Shown in pieces: positions 46,403 to 56,377 of a stretch of 64,000 nt of DNA. The DNA is taken from the IMG/VR virus record IMGVR_UViG_3300043313_000346, positions 12,885 to 76,884 of that record. One strand, written 5' to 3'. The stretch is from a virus. Under the pieces are notes generated by a model. The model did not search any database. It was not told the origin of the DNA and worked only from the letters and a program-made list of their open reading frames with translations. The translations under genes and the position numbers were made by a program. Every line of letters starts with the position of its first letter. Position 1 is the stretch's first letter.

Positions 46403-46758
46403 GGTTTGGCCGCCTCATACTTGCGCAGCGCGCACGTGGTCTGCCCGCCGCCGTCCTGATCGGTGTCGGTGATCTCGAACTCGCCGAGCGGCGCGCCATT
46501 GCAGTCGAACGGGATGGTGACGCGATCGCCCTGCATCGGGACCACGGTGTATTCGGCGTCGCGGATGTCGAGGATGGTGCGCTGATCGGAGAACACCGAA
46601 CCATCTTCCATCGTCACGTTGGTGTCGCCAGTGTTGAAGATGCCGCGCGCGCCATACGCGGGCACGCCCGGCTGCGACGCGAGCGGCGTCACAGTGATCG
46701 GCACCGAGAACATATCCTGACACGGCAGCTTCGCCATCGTTGAGAAGTTCACCGACAT
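46399..46758 (-). CDS. head-tail joining protein (FII-like)
   Basis: RGIF..P.QGD.V..D.DGGG. Confidence 0.7.
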   Translation of the reverse strand: MSVNFSTMAKLPCQDMFSVPITVTPLASQPGVPAYGARGIFNTGDTNVTMEDGSVFSDQRTILDIRDAEYTVVPMQGDRVTIPFDCNGAPLGEFEITDTDQDGGGQTTCALRKYEAAKP

Positions 46759-46762
46759 CGCG

Positions 46763-47104
46763 TCACCATTTGATCTCGCGCGTCATCATCAGGTTCATGC
46801 GCGCACGCAGCACGTTGAAAAGCTCGGGCCGCAGGATCGGACGCTTGCCCGGCATCCGCTGCACGCGGCGGCTGATGATGCGCTGGCGCGTGCGTAGCTG
46901 CCGCGTCGTGCGCCCGCGCGGCCATATCCGCGTCTCGGCTGTCGTCGGGTTGATCACTTCGGTGATCGGATGCTTGCGATTCATGTCTTCGGTCTGCCAC
47001 GCCGTCAGTTCGGCCGGCACCGGCACGACCTGCAGCTTCGCCTGCATCTTCTCGATGCGTTCCTCGATCGCCCACGTCTCGATCAGGATTTCGAAACCCA
47101 TCAC
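46763..47104 (-). CDS. neck / tail-completion hypothetical protein
   Basis: Position; basic. Confidence 0.6.
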   Translation of the reverse strand: MMGFEILIETWAIEERIEKMQAKLQVVPVPAELTAWQTEDMNRKHPITEVINPTTAETRIWPRGRTTRQLRTRQRIISRRVQRMPGKRPILRPELFNVLRARMNLMMTREIKW

Positions 47105-47739
47105 ACTTCCAATCGGCTGTAGTGATAGAGCAGCGCATGCACGGCGCGGATCGCTTCGCTGCTGCTGCCGCCGCTCTCGTTGGCGCTCCCCGCTGACTGG
47201 TTCGGATCGAAGAACATCACGCGCGAGTCCTTGTGGCTGATCGAGCGGATGCCGGCGGTGGCCTCGCGCTGCGCCTCGGTGCGGCCCTTGCGCACGAGCA
47301 GCGATGCGGCGTTCTTCAGATCGGCCGGCGCCTCATAGGGTAGATCGAATCCGCCGGTGTAGGTGACGACGATCTGCGCGCCGATCGGCCCGAAGATCGA
47401 GAGCTTGCCGGATGCTTCCTCAAGTTCGTAGCCGGTGACCGGCAACAGCGCGCCGCTCGGTGACTCGACGCTCTCGATGTCCTCTTCTTTCACAGGCCAG
47501 TGCGACAGGAACACGCGCCGATCGTTGGTGTCGCGCCACGTCTCGCGCACGCGCTCGCGCGCGAACACGCGGTTGGTGACCTCGGACACATAGGCCGAAT
47601 ACCAGTCGATCATCTGGCGCAGTTGCGGATCGCTCGACACGTCGGCGGCGCCGATGCCGAGCATGACTTTCAATTCGTCGAGCGACAGCAACGCGAAGCT
47701 GTCGGCCGGCGTGAGAATCTTGATGGTGCGGTCTGCCAT
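47101..47739 (-). CDS. head-tail connector (gp6-like adaptor)
   Basis: LLSLDELK..L; L..WPV; VTYTGGF..P.DLK.A. Confidence 0.85.
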   Translation of the reverse strand: MADRTIKILTPADSFALLSLDELKVMLGIGAADVSSDPQLRQMIDWYSAYVSEVTNRVFARERVRETWRDTNDRRVFLSHWPVKEEDIESVESPSGALLPVTGYELEEASGKLSIFGPIGAQIVVTYTGGFDLPYEAPADLKNAASLLVRKGRTEAQREATAGIRSISHKDSRVMFFDPNQSAGSANESGGSSSEAIRAVHALLYHYSRLEV

Positions 47740-47743
47740 GTGT

Positions 47744-49159
47744 TCAGCCGCCGTCGTTCTGGAATTGCTCGAACAGTTCGCGCAGATCGAGCGGGGCGCC
47801 TTCGGTGCCGTCGCTCAGCACCGGCTTGGCCTCATAGCTGCGCCGATCGATCAGCCAGCGCGCGATGCCCGGGCCGGCGGGCCCGCGCTCGCCGCGCGGA
47901 CCCTGCACGCCCTTCTCGCCCTTGGTGCCGTGCGCCACGAGCAGTTGCCAATCATCGCCCGGGATCGGGCCCGGGTTGTCCTTGCGCGCGACGAAGCTGC
48001 CCTTGTTGAACGCCACGATGTCGAGCGCGCGATATTTCTCGCTCTCGCTATAGGTGCCGCGCACATCCGGCGACGCGCCATCGCGGCCGCCGCGCGCGAG
48101 ACAAATCCAGTCGGCATGCGGCGGCGCATGGCCGGTGTCCTTGGTCGCCTGCCACAGCCCGCCGCCATGCGCGACGACCTGCGCCGCGTAGTGAACCGCG
48201 CCGAGCGCGTAGAGCTTGACGATCGGCAACATCCCGGGCGCGCCTCGATCGCCGACGTCGCCCTTGTCGCCCTTCTCGCCGGGCTCGCCGCGTGGGCCGA
48301 CGTCGCCGGCTTTGCCGACAAGGCCAGCCACACCTTGCTCACCTTTTTCGCCGCGATCGCCGGTGGGTCCGACGTCGCCCTTCAATCCCATTTCGCCACG
48401 CTCGCCGGGCTCGCCGATGAGCCCGCGTTCGCCGGCAGGACCGGAGGGACCGACAGCGCCGGGCTCGCCAGCGAGGCCCGGATCGCCGGCAGGGCCGGGA
48501 TCGCCCTTCAGCCCAATATCGCCTTGCGGACCTGTTCCGCCGTCAGCGCCGCGCTCGCCGGCAGGTCCGGCGGGTCCAGCAGGTCCGATGTCGCCTGCGG
48601 CGCCACGTTCGCCGGTGGGGCCGGCTGGCCCGGCAGGACCGGCTTCGCCGACGGCGCCACGTTCGCCTGCGGGTCCGGCGGGTCCGACGGCACCGATGGC
48701 GCCGCGTTCGCCTGCGGGTCCGCGCTGTCCGATGATTCCGCGCTCGCCCTGCAATCCTTTTTCGCCGCGTTCGCCGGCTGGTCCGGTGGGTCCGGTCTCG
48801 CCGGCCGGGCCGGGCTGTCCGATGATTCCGCGCTCACCTTGCAATCCTTTCTCGCCAGCCGGGCCGGCGGGCCCGCGCTCGCCGTCTTTCACTTCGGCGA
48901 GCCGCGCGCGCACCATGTCGAGCACTTCACCGCGCAGCGTCACGATCGCGGCCTGCATCTTGTCGATCGTGCCATGCGCCTTGGCGATCGCGCTTTGCGC
49001 CTGCGCCTCGATCAGCGCGCGCTCGCGTTCCCAATGCCGGCGCTCTTGCACCAGCACTTCGCCGAGCGCCTCGCGCCATGCATCAAGCAGATCGTCGGCG
49101 GCCAATCCTTGAGGCGGCGCGTAGGATGTTTCTGACTTCCCGTTGGACGTTGTCGTCAT
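47744..49159 (-). CDS. collagen-like virion protein
   Basis: N-terminal coiled coil, long uninterrupted GXY run, two small W-containing domains. Confidence 0.85.
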   Translation of the reverse strand: MTTTSNGKSETSYAPPQGLAADDLLDAWREALGEVLVQERRHWERERALIEAQAQSAIAKAHGTIDKMQAAIVTLRGEVLDMVRARLAEVKDGERGPAGPAGEKGLQGERGIIGQPGPAGETGPTGPAGERGEKGLQGERGIIGQRGPAGERGAIGAVGPAGPAGERGAVGEAGPAGPAGPTGERGAAGDIGPAGPAGPAGERGADGGTGPQGDIGLKGDPGPAGDPGLAGEPGAVGPSGPAGERGLIGEPGERGEMGLKGDVGPTGDRGEKGEQGVAGLVGKAGDVGPRGEPGEKGDKGDVGDRGAPGMLPIVKLYALGAVHYAAQVVAHGGGLWQATKDTGHAPPHADWICLARGGRDGASPDVRGTYSESEKYRALDIVAFNKGSFVARKDNPGPIPGDDWQLLVAHGTKGEKGVQGPRGERGPAGPGIARWLIDRRSYEAKPVLSDGTEGAPLDLRELFEQFQNDGG

Positions 49160-50537
49160 GGCCTTTGCCTTCGACTGGTGACGCGGGCGGCTCGGACGGT
49201 TTCTTTTCGTCGGGCTTGGCGAGCAGCGCAGTCGGCGCGCCGGGCACCGACGGCGGCGCGCCGGGACCGGGCGCTGCCGGGATCGCGCCGGCTGCGGAGA
49301 GCGGCACGACTTGTTGTTGCACGCGCGGCTCGTCGCCGAACTTGACCTCGTCGAATCCTTCACGCACGCGCGCTTCATTCGGAGCCATCACGCCGCCCTG
49401 CACGGCTTTGACCAAACCGTCGATGCGGTCTTTGAAGGCCGAGCGCAGGAGGGCGGCGGTGTCGAATTCGAGATACTCTTCAGGCTGCCCCTTCAATTGA
49501 AACAGCAACCCGAACGCCTCTTCGATGTGGTTGAGCGCAAAGCCGAGCCCGGTGGCGATCCATTGCTGCATCAACGCTTCAGTCGACGTGACGCCGGTGC
49601 CGCCGAGACCGAGCAGCGATAGCGGGATGCGATAGGCCAGCGCGACGTTCTGCCCCGACAACTTCATGATCTCGGCAAGCTCGGCATCCTTCGCGCCCAT
49701 CGCCCACGGCTGCACCTTCAGGCCGGCGGTGAGGATCGGCGTGCCGCCTTGCTGCAGCCCGCGCACCTGTTCGTTCCAGCGATCGCGCAGCGCCTGCACC
49801 TGATCCTTGTCAAGCTGCAGGTCGGTCGACAGCACGGCGCTCGGCCGCGCTTGGTTCATGTAGAAATTGATCTGTTGCTTCAGCATCGCGTTGCCTGCCG
49901 CGATGTCGTTCGCCGCCGCCTCGATCGGTGAAGCGCCGATCAGCGGAAACGGATAGCGCCGCGAGGGATGCAAGCGCACGTGCAGCACGTCGCGCTGCGG
50001 CACCAGCACTTCGCCCAAGCGCTCCATCACGTCATTGCCGCCGAGCCGATAGAACACATCTCCGGTCGAGCGCACGACCTGCGGCGCCGACTCGCGCGGG
50101 CTCATCAGATGAAGCTCGTCGATCTCGTAGCGATCGTTGCGCAGCGCCAGCGCGTAGGCATTGCCGTCGAGAAACAGCGAACGCGTCAGGCTCAGCATGA
50201 AATCGCTGATCGTCTGATACAGGTTTGGCCTGCGCAGAATGCGCGACAGCGCCGATGTGGAGATGCGATCGCGACCGTTCTTGACGTTCATCCGCCAGTG
50301 ATCGCCCGGGCACATCGCCACGGTCTGGCTGTAGGCCGAGAGCGCGGCTTCGACCATCGCCGATGAGCCCGACATATCGATCGGGTCATAGCCAAGCTGC
50401 CACCAGTTGATGTTCTCGCCGACATAGGCAGGCAGAATCCCGCCCGTGACAGGTAGCTGCCACGGGCCGGGATGATAATCGCCCTCGCCCTTCGTGACGG
50501 GCGAGGGCGCGCGGCCTACGAGCGGAACGTGCCTCAT
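49083..50537 (-). CDS. HK97-family portal protein
   Basis: RPN.YQT..DF..L.LDGNAY; DVLH.R; G.SP; P.AVL; G...PNEAR. Confidence 0.93.
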   Translation of the reverse strand: MRHVPLVGRAPSPVTKGEGDYHPGPWQLPVTGGILPAYVGENINWWQLGYDPIDMSGSSAMVEAALSAYSQTVAMCPGDHWRMNVKNGRDRISTSALSRILRRPNLYQTISDFMLSLTRSLFLDGNAYALALRNDRYEIDELHLMSPRESAPQVVRSTGDVFYRLGGNDVMERLGEVLVPQRDVLHVRLHPSRRYPFPLIGASPIEAAANDIAAGNAMLKQQINFYMNQARPSAVLSTDLQLDKDQVQALRDRWNEQVRGLQQGGTPILTAGLKVQPWAMGAKDAELAEIMKLSGQNVALAYRIPLSLLGLGGTGVTSTEALMQQWIATGLGFALNHIEEAFGLLFQLKGQPEEYLEFDTAALLRSAFKDRIDGLVKAVQGGVMAPNEARVREGFDEVKFGDEPRVQQQVVPLSAAGAIPAAPGPGAPPSVPGAPTALLAKPDEKKPSEPPASPVEGKGHDDNVQREVRNILRAASRIGRRRSA

Positions 50538-50539
50538 GT

Positions 50540-50881
50540 TCAGCTTGTCGGTTCAGCCGGCCTCGATTGACGCGTCTGATACCCGCCCGGTGCCGGGCGC
50601 TTCGCTTCCGACTGCTTGGTCTGCTTGGGCGGGAAGCTCTGATCCTGCTCAGGGCTGCCGTCGGGCTCGTGCTCGGGCACATGAACGCCCATCGCAGCGA
50701 GATCGTTTTCCTCCTGCGTCGGTGTCGGCTTGCCGGCTTCCGGCGCTTCCTTGGCTGCCGCCTCGCGAGCTTGGCGCTGCTCGGCGACGACCTTCTTTGC
50801 GTTTTCTTGGCGCTCCTTATCCGCCTTCTGGGCTTCCTGTGCCCGCGCCTGTGCTGCTTGGTCGCTTGATTGATCGGTCAC
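50540..50881 (-). CDS. hypothetical head-region protein
   Basis: GGAGG RBS; PTPTQEENDL. Confidence 0.75.
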   Translation of the reverse strand: MTDQSSDQAAQARAQEAQKADKERQENAKKVVAEQRQAREAAAKEAPEAGKPTPTQEENDLAAMGVHVPEHEPDGSPEQDQSFPPKQTKQSEAKRPAPGGYQTRQSRPAEPTS

Positions 50882-50961
50882 GATGGACCTCCTTGTTTCA
50901 ACGGTGGGGAGTTGAAAGCCCCGCCAGAGTTGGCGGGACTCTCAGACGTCAACGCGTGAGA

Positions 50962-53232
50962 TCACCAAGTGACGCCGGCCATCCACGCGACCACGCCAGT
51001 GCGGCGCAGCGTCCAGTTCAGCGGCATGATCAACCGCAGGGCCAAGCTGTCGGTCTGGTAGAGCGACCGCACCGGAGCGGCGACAACGGCGGGCGTGCCC
51101 GGCGTGCCGATCGCGAGCGGCGTGGTGTCTTCCATATGCAGCGTGGCCTGATCGCTGATCTCGAAGCGGGGAGCTTCGCCGCCGACGGACACGAAGTCCG
51201 CAGCGTCGACCGCGATCACCGTGCCAACCGGCACAGTGCCCGCCGCGATCACCGGATAGGTCAGCAACTGGTTGCGCCCGATCTCTTCCTTGAACGGGAA
51301 CGCGCCAGTGCCCGGTGCGCTGGTCAGCGACAGCGTCAGCTTCTGCGCCGGGTTGATCAGCCACACCAGCTTGCGGATGTTGCCGTTGGTGCCAGTCATC
51401 AGCGCGCCGGCGATCTTCTGCAGATCGCCCACCACCGCGTTGAAGCCGCCGCCCGTCGTCGGCGTCAAACCAGCGACGCCGTTGAGCAGCCCAGCGGGAC
51501 GAACCGTCGTCGCCGGGTTGGTATCGAGCAGCACGGCATCGATCGACACCGCCGTGTCCTGCTTGATCGCATCCCGCAGCAGCCCCTCGATCGCGGGCAC
51601 GCTGTGTTCATCGATCTCGCGAGTCCACGTGGTGATCACGGCCATTTTCTTCGGCGTGAGCAACGCCGCCGTGAACGCACCCTGCCGCACCGGGATCGGC
51701 GCGCCTTCACCAACGAACGAACCGGCGATCGTCGGCGTGAGCGAGCGCGTCGGCACCGAGATGCGACCGTTGCGCCCGAACGACAGGGAGAGCCCCGCCG
51801 CCGAGAGCGACGGAAACACCACGTTGGGATAGAGCGGCTCAAGGAAGTCGGCGTTGACTTGCTGCACCAGTTCAGCGGCCCAGCCGACGACGTTGGTCAT
51901 CGCCGGCGCGGTGGCGGCCTTGGTGGTGAAGTCCATGAACGCCTTGGTCGCTTCGTCGTCGCCGTAGATCGCCTTGCGCATCTCGTCGACGTTGCGCTTC
52001 TCGCGGTGTGCGAACAGCCGCACCACGCCATCGCGCACGAGATACTCGATCGGCTCGATGGTCTTCGGCTTCAAGCCGAAGGGCCGCGACGAGCGCGACG
52101 GCGCGACCGTAATCGTCGAACCGTTGCCCTTGTCGTGACCGTTGCCGTTGCCGTTGCCGTTGTCGGCATCGGACGAAAGCAACAGGCTCTTCTCGGACTC
52201 CTTGAGCGACGCGAGACCCTTTTCTTCCTGCTTGATTCTCGCGTTCAGTTCGTTGGTGGTCTCAAGGTCGGAGTCGCTGACATTGCTGTCGTCGACGTTC
52301 TTGAGATGCTCGGTCAGCTTGTCTCGGTAGGCGACGATGCGCGCCTGCGAGTCAGTGATACGTTGTGCAAAAACAGACATTGACTTGCCCATCATGGGAG
52401 ATGTGTCGGCGGGCTTGCCGGTGAGCCGACGATCGTGTTCGAGCGCGTCCCGGCTGCCGGGCTTGGCAAAGACGCGCTTGATCGTGTCGTCGGAAATGCT
52501 GAGAGACTTGGCGACCGCGAGAGCGTTCGGATTGGCCGGCACCGTCACCAGTGATGTCTCGACCAACTCTTGAGCGAGGTAGCGCGAGCCCGCGAAGGGA
52601 TCGCCCTTGACGATCGGCTCGTGCTGTTTCGGCGCGAAGCCGACGCTCACGGCTTTGAGAATGCCGTGCTCGATCAGCGCGTGAATTTCATCGACGCGCG
52701 GAATCTTTCCTTTGGGCAGGAGATCGAGCTTGCCGCGCAACTTGCCGTCGACGACGCGCAGGTTCGACCATGTGCCGATCGGCCAGTTGCTGTTGTGATT
52801 GAACAGCGCGACCGGATTTTTCTTGAAGTTTTCCAAATCCCAGCCGGTCGACATGATGATGTCGTTCATGCGATCGGGCGTCTCGTCGGACATGACGAAT
52901 TCGCGCTCGATCACCGGCTCGGCGTGTGTCTTGCGAACGACGTTGCCGTTGCTCTTGGTCTTCGTGGCGCTGCGCGTGTCGGCCCAAATCACGCGGCATT
53001 CGTCCGCGTCCTCGCCGTCCTCTTGGCAGCGGTCCATCCAGTCGGCGAACTCTTCGTCGTCCTCGGGCGTGAGCGCCTTTTTCTTTTCCTTCTCGCCCTC
53101 GCTGAACATCGTGAGGCAGGCAGCCGTCGCCTGCTCGTTGTCGCGCTTGCCGTCGCCCATCATGTCGGGCACGCAGCGCTTCATGAAATCGGCTTGGCTC
53201 TCGCCCTTGTTCGGCTTCATCGGCATGGTCAT
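50962..53232 (-). CDS. prohead protease-major capsid protein fusion (HK97 fold)
   Basis: DR.ND, NPV.LFNH, VSVGF, L.E.SLVTVPAN protease motifs; delta coiled coil; FVGEG..IP capsid motif. Confidence 0.95.
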   Translation of the reverse strand: MTMPMKPNKGESQADFMKRCVPDMMGDGKRDNEQATAACLTMFSEGEKEKKKALTPEDDEEFADWMDRCQEDGEDADECRVIWADTRSATKTKSNGNVVRKTHAEPVIEREFVMSDETPDRMNDIIMSTGWDLENFKKNPVALFNHNSNWPIGTWSNLRVVDGKLRGKLDLLPKGKIPRVDEIHALIEHGILKAVSVGFAPKQHEPIVKGDPFAGSRYLAQELVETSLVTVPANPNALAVAKSLSISDDTIKRVFAKPGSRDALEHDRRLTGKPADTSPMMGKSMSVFAQRITDSQARIVAYRDKLTEHLKNVDDSNVSDSDLETTNELNARIKQEEKGLASLKESEKSLLLSSDADNGNGNGNGHDKGNGSTITVAPSRSSRPFGLKPKTIEPIEYLVRDGVVRLFAHREKRNVDEMRKAIYGDDEATKAFMDFTTKAATAPAMTNVVGWAAELVQQVNADFLEPLYPNVVFPSLSAAGLSLSFGRNGRISVPTRSLTPTIAGSFVGEGAPIPVRQGAFTAALLTPKKMAVITTWTREIDEHSVPAIEGLLRDAIKQDTAVSIDAVLLDTNPATTVRPAGLLNGVAGLTPTTGGGFNAVVGDLQKIAGALMTGTNGNIRKLVWLINPAQKLTLSLTSAPGTGAFPFKEEIGRNQLLTYPVIAAGTVPVGTVIAVDAADFVSVGGEAPRFEISDQATLHMEDTTPLAIGTPGTPAVVAAPVRSLYQTDSLALRLIMPLNWTLRRTGVVAWMAGVTW

Positions 53233-53314
53233 GCCCTCCGTGCGCGCGAGCGCGCGTGTGCGCGCACGGGGGTGCGCGCGCGTGCAAGCGTTCAGGTCTG
53301 GTGGTTGGTGCCGG

Positions 53315-53536
53315 CTACTTCGGCTTGGTGCGCGCTAACGTCTTCTCGGCTCTCGCCCGCGCGCGCGTCGCGAGATGCTTGCGATAATGCTTGTCGCGGA
53401 TTCGCTTCTTGCGCTCTTCGTCGGTCTCGTCGGTGCGCTTGCCTTCAGGGCTCAGCCAGTGAGGCGCGCCGGTTTCCATCTCGTGCGCGAGAATGTCGAT
53501 CTCGTGTTTCTCAGGTCTCTCGGGTTTCTTCGCCAT
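53315..53536 (-). CDS. small basic protein (73 aa)
   Basis: Starts right after the ART stop; ends RARARAEKTLARTKPK. Confidence 0.65.
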   Translation of the reverse strand: MAKKPERPEKHEIDILAHEMETGAPHWLSPEGKRTDETDEERKKRIRDKHYRKHLATRARARAEKTLARTKPK

Positions 53537-53538
53537 GA

Positions 53539-55431
53539 TCAATCGTGCTTCTGCAGCGGCGTGCCACCAAGCCCGGGCGCCTGTCCCTGCCACACGTCCC
53601 AGCCCTTCCATGCGGTGCCGGCGATCACGACTTCCTGCTCGCTCTTGATGTTGATGCCGTAGGCCGGGATCGAGATCGCTGCGGTGCGCGGCACGACCGC
53701 CCGAAGCACGACCTTGCCGCCGCCGCTGCCGCCCCATCCATTGGCGACGGTGAGCGCTGTCGTGGTCGACGCGGCGCCGTTGCGCTTCACGTCCATCGTC
53801 GGGAGATGCGTGAAGCTGCCGACGCGCTTGCCGGCCGCCGCATGCTTGGTGAAGATTTTCTCGACCAGCGCCTTGTCGAGCGTCAGCCCGCGATAAAGCT
53901 GCAGTTCGTTCTCGCCTGCCTTGTCGAGCAGATGCTGCGTCGTTTCCCATTTCGCGCGGATCAGCGCCTTGACGCCGGCATAGCCGCCGATGAACGGGAA
54001 GATGCGATCGGCGCGGGCGCGCGCCTTGTCCGGCTCGATCGACGCGCGGGTGTGCGCGTTGAGCCGGCCGCCAAGCTCTTCGGATGTGGCAAGCTGGATC
54101 AGCTTGCCGTCTTCCGACGTCGAGCTTTCCTTCCAGCTTTTCCAAAGCTCGTTGTCGGCCTCGCGCAAATCTTTTTCGTCGGGCTCTTCGATGCCGCGCT
54201 CGGCCATGATTTCCTTCGCGCGCTCGCGCGAGAGATAGCGCGCCAGAATCTGCGTGCGGCGATAGTCGTCGCCGCTGGTGTTATTGAGCGGATCGTATTT
54301 CGTCGGCAGCCGATCGAGCTTGGCGGCGTCGAGGTTGGCGACCGATGCATTGTCTTCCTGCCCGCCGCCCTTGTCCTCGTCGAGGATCGACGTGTTGTTC
54401 TTCGTCCAGTCGAACTTCTGCTCATCGTCCATGCTGTCCCAATACTCGTGAACCGACTCCTTGGCCTGATCCGCGAGATAATCCGGCGGCGACAGATCGC
54501 CTTGCACCTTCTCGGCGCGCTTCTCGAACGCCGCGAGCAGCGAGTCGGTGATGTCCTTGCGCATGTCCTCGGTGAGCATCTCGTGCGGCTCGATCGGCTC
54601 GATGCCGGGCAGCGTCTGCTGATCCGGATCGAAGCCCGCCGGCTTGGTCAGCTTGCTGTCGTCGAACACGATCTCCGGGTCTTTCTTCGGCCATGAGCCG
54701 CCTTGACCTTCCGGATATTCGATGTTGATCGCGTTCACCAATTGCTTGCTGTCGAACGGGTATTTTTCGCCGCCGCTTTCCTCGTGCTCGGCGATCACTT
54801 CATCGAGCGCCTCGACCGCCCATTCGATGTCGTCGGATGCATTGCCCTCGTTAAAATCCTCGGCGACCTTCTGCTTGGCTTCGTCGTTCGCATATTCTTC
54901 GTACCAATTGTTTTGCTCGCTCTCTAAAACCTCTTGGTACGCCTGCGATTCATATTCCTGCTCGGCCATCTGTTGGGCCGTCTCGGTCATCGCCGCCCAT
55001 TCTTCCGGCGGCCCGTAGTATTCCTCTTCGTCTTCGTCATCGCTCGCGCCGGGCTCGACGGCGCCGATCGCCTGTTGCTCCAGCCGCTCGATCGCCGGAC
55101 GCGCGGTCTGAAACTCGCGTTCGAGTTTCTCGGCGGTCTTTTGATTCCACGTGTCGCCGCCGACATTGGTCACCACCGGATCGAGCTTGACGTCGCCGCC
55201 GTCGCCCGCCGCCGGCTTGGCTGATCCGCCGGCAGTGTCACCACCGCCGCCGTCAGTCCATTTGCCGGTCTCGTCGCGCGGGTGCTCGCTCTCGTCATAC
55301 TCACGACGAAGGCGTGCCAATGTTTTCTCAGCTTGTGCCCGCGCGAGCGCCGCGCGCTGTGTCGGCGTCAACCGCGCCAGCGCGTTGCGTTTGGCTTGCT
55401 CCCACAGATAGCCGGTGGCCATCGTCGTCAT
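53539..55431 (-). CDS. putative virion-packaged ADP-ribosyltransferase (R-S-E clade)
   Basis: N-terminal YDESEHPRDETGKWT; C-terminal LYRG..ASTT..SEQEVV. Confidence 0.75.
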   Translation of the reverse strand: MTTMATGYLWEQAKRNALARLTPTQRAALARAQAEKTLARLRREYDESEHPRDETGKWTDGGGGDTAGGSAKPAAGDGGDVKLDPVVTNVGGDTWNQKTAEKLEREFQTARPAIERLEQQAIGAVEPGASDDEDEEEYYGPPEEWAAMTETAQQMAEQEYESQAYQEVLESEQNNWYEEYANDEAKQKVAEDFNEGNASDDIEWAVEALDEVIAEHEESGGEKYPFDSKQLVNAINIEYPEGQGGSWPKKDPEIVFDDSKLTKPAGFDPDQQTLPGIEPIEPHEMLTEDMRKDITDSLLAAFEKRAEKVQGDLSPPDYLADQAKESVHEYWDSMDDEQKFDWTKNNTSILDEDKGGGQEDNASVANLDAAKLDRLPTKYDPLNNTSGDDYRRTQILARYLSRERAKEIMAERGIEEPDEKDLREADNELWKSWKESSTSEDGKLIQLATSEELGGRLNAHTRASIEPDKARARADRIFPFIGGYAGVKALIRAKWETTQHLLDKAGENELQLYRGLTLDKALVEKIFTKHAAAGKRVGSFTHLPTMDVKRNGAASTTTALTVANGWGGSGGGKVVLRAVVPRTAAISIPAYGINIKSEQEVVIAGTAWKGWDVWQGQAPGLGGTPLQKHD

Positions 55432-55506
55432 CGCTCGGGCACCATGATTGACGGTTGATCCGCCTCGGGCGGGCGCGGGCGCGGCAGCGGATGATCTGCG
55501 AACGGA

Positions 55507-55683
55507 TCACCAGCCTCGAAAGGGCACGAGGCCGAAGATCACCAGAATGCCGACGATCACCAGCACCACGACGATGAGCATCAGACCCTTGCCGAGAAAG
55601 CCTTCCTCGACGTTGATGCCCATCCACCACTTGATGACGAATCCGATGATGATGAGCACCGCAGCGGCGATTAGAAAACTCAT
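55507..55683 (-). CDS. two-TM membrane protein, 58 aa (not in ORF track)
   Basis: AGGAGG RBS; MSFLIAAAVLIIIGFVIKWW...LIVVVLVIVGILVIFGLVPFRGW. Confidence 0.7.
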   Translation of the reverse strand: MSFLIAAAVLIIIGFVIKWWMGINVEEGFLGKGLMLIVVVLVIVGILVIFGLVPFRGW

Positions 55684-55692
55684 GACGCCCTC

Positions 55693-56079
55693 CTATCCGC
55701 GCGGGCCCGCGCGCGAGGCACCTGCAGCAACCGGCGCGTCTGGCGTCTCGACCGCGATGCCGAAGCGGCAGTCGACGTTCTGCTGCACCGGATGCGCCTT
55801 CGTGCCGGACCTGAACTTGATGAAGTTGATCGACTTCGTCCAAGCCTCGGCGACCACGATGCCGCTGTCGGGCTTGGCGGTGATGGTGATCGGATCGCCC
55901 TTGCTGTCGTGCAGATCATTGTAGAAGTTGCCGTCGGTCGACACCTGAAAGGTCAGGTTCGCTTCGGTGAATTCCTGCGGCACGGTGATGCGAACGATGG
56001 TGCCGGCCGAGCAGTCGGCGCCGTCGGACAGCGATTCACCAGCGGCAATGGTCGGCCCGTCAACGATCTGCAGCGTCAT
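55693..56079 (-). CDS. beta-rich putative virion protein
   Basis: GGAG RBS; TIAAGESLS..LTFQVS.DG. Confidence 0.75.
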   Translation of the reverse strand: MTLQIVDGPTIAAGESLSDGADCSAGTIVRITVPQEFTEANLTFQVSTDGNFYNDLHDSKGDPITITAKPDSGIVVAEAWTKSINFIKFRSGTKAHPVQQNVDCRFGIAVETPDAPVAAGASRAGPRG

Positions 56080-56095
56080 GGTCGTTCTCCGTTGG

Positions 56096-56377
56096 TTACT
56101 TGGTGCGGCAGCGCAGCTTGCCGGTCTGCTCGCGCGTGCGGCCGGCTGCGGTGGTGATGGTGTTGATCAGCGCGTAGTCCTTGCCGGCGGTGCCACCGCT
56201 CAGCCAGATCGTGCATGTCGTCGGCGTGAACGTCTCTTCGCCGCCGATGAGATCGGTGTCCTCGGGCAATTGCCATACCGACGACACGATGGTGTCGCCG
56301 GCAAGCGGCAACGTCCAATCGATGACGTAATCGAGAACCTCTTCCGGGTCTTTCGGATCGTCCCAAGGCTTCGCCAT
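56096..56377 (-). CDS. fibre adaptor-like protein
   Basis: KDP.EVLDY.IDW..WLSGGT.G..Y...N.ITT..GRT. Confidence 0.75.
   Translation of the reverse strand: MAKPWDDPKDPEEVLDYVIDWTLPLAGDTIVSSVWQLPEDTDLIGGEETFTPTTCTIWLSGGTAGKDYALINTITTAAGRTREQTGKLRCRTK

Noticed and set aside
53239-53290. Alternating GC/GT tract upstream of the capsid RBS
   Set aside because: Can form a hairpin, but such runs are common at this GC content and there is no second copy
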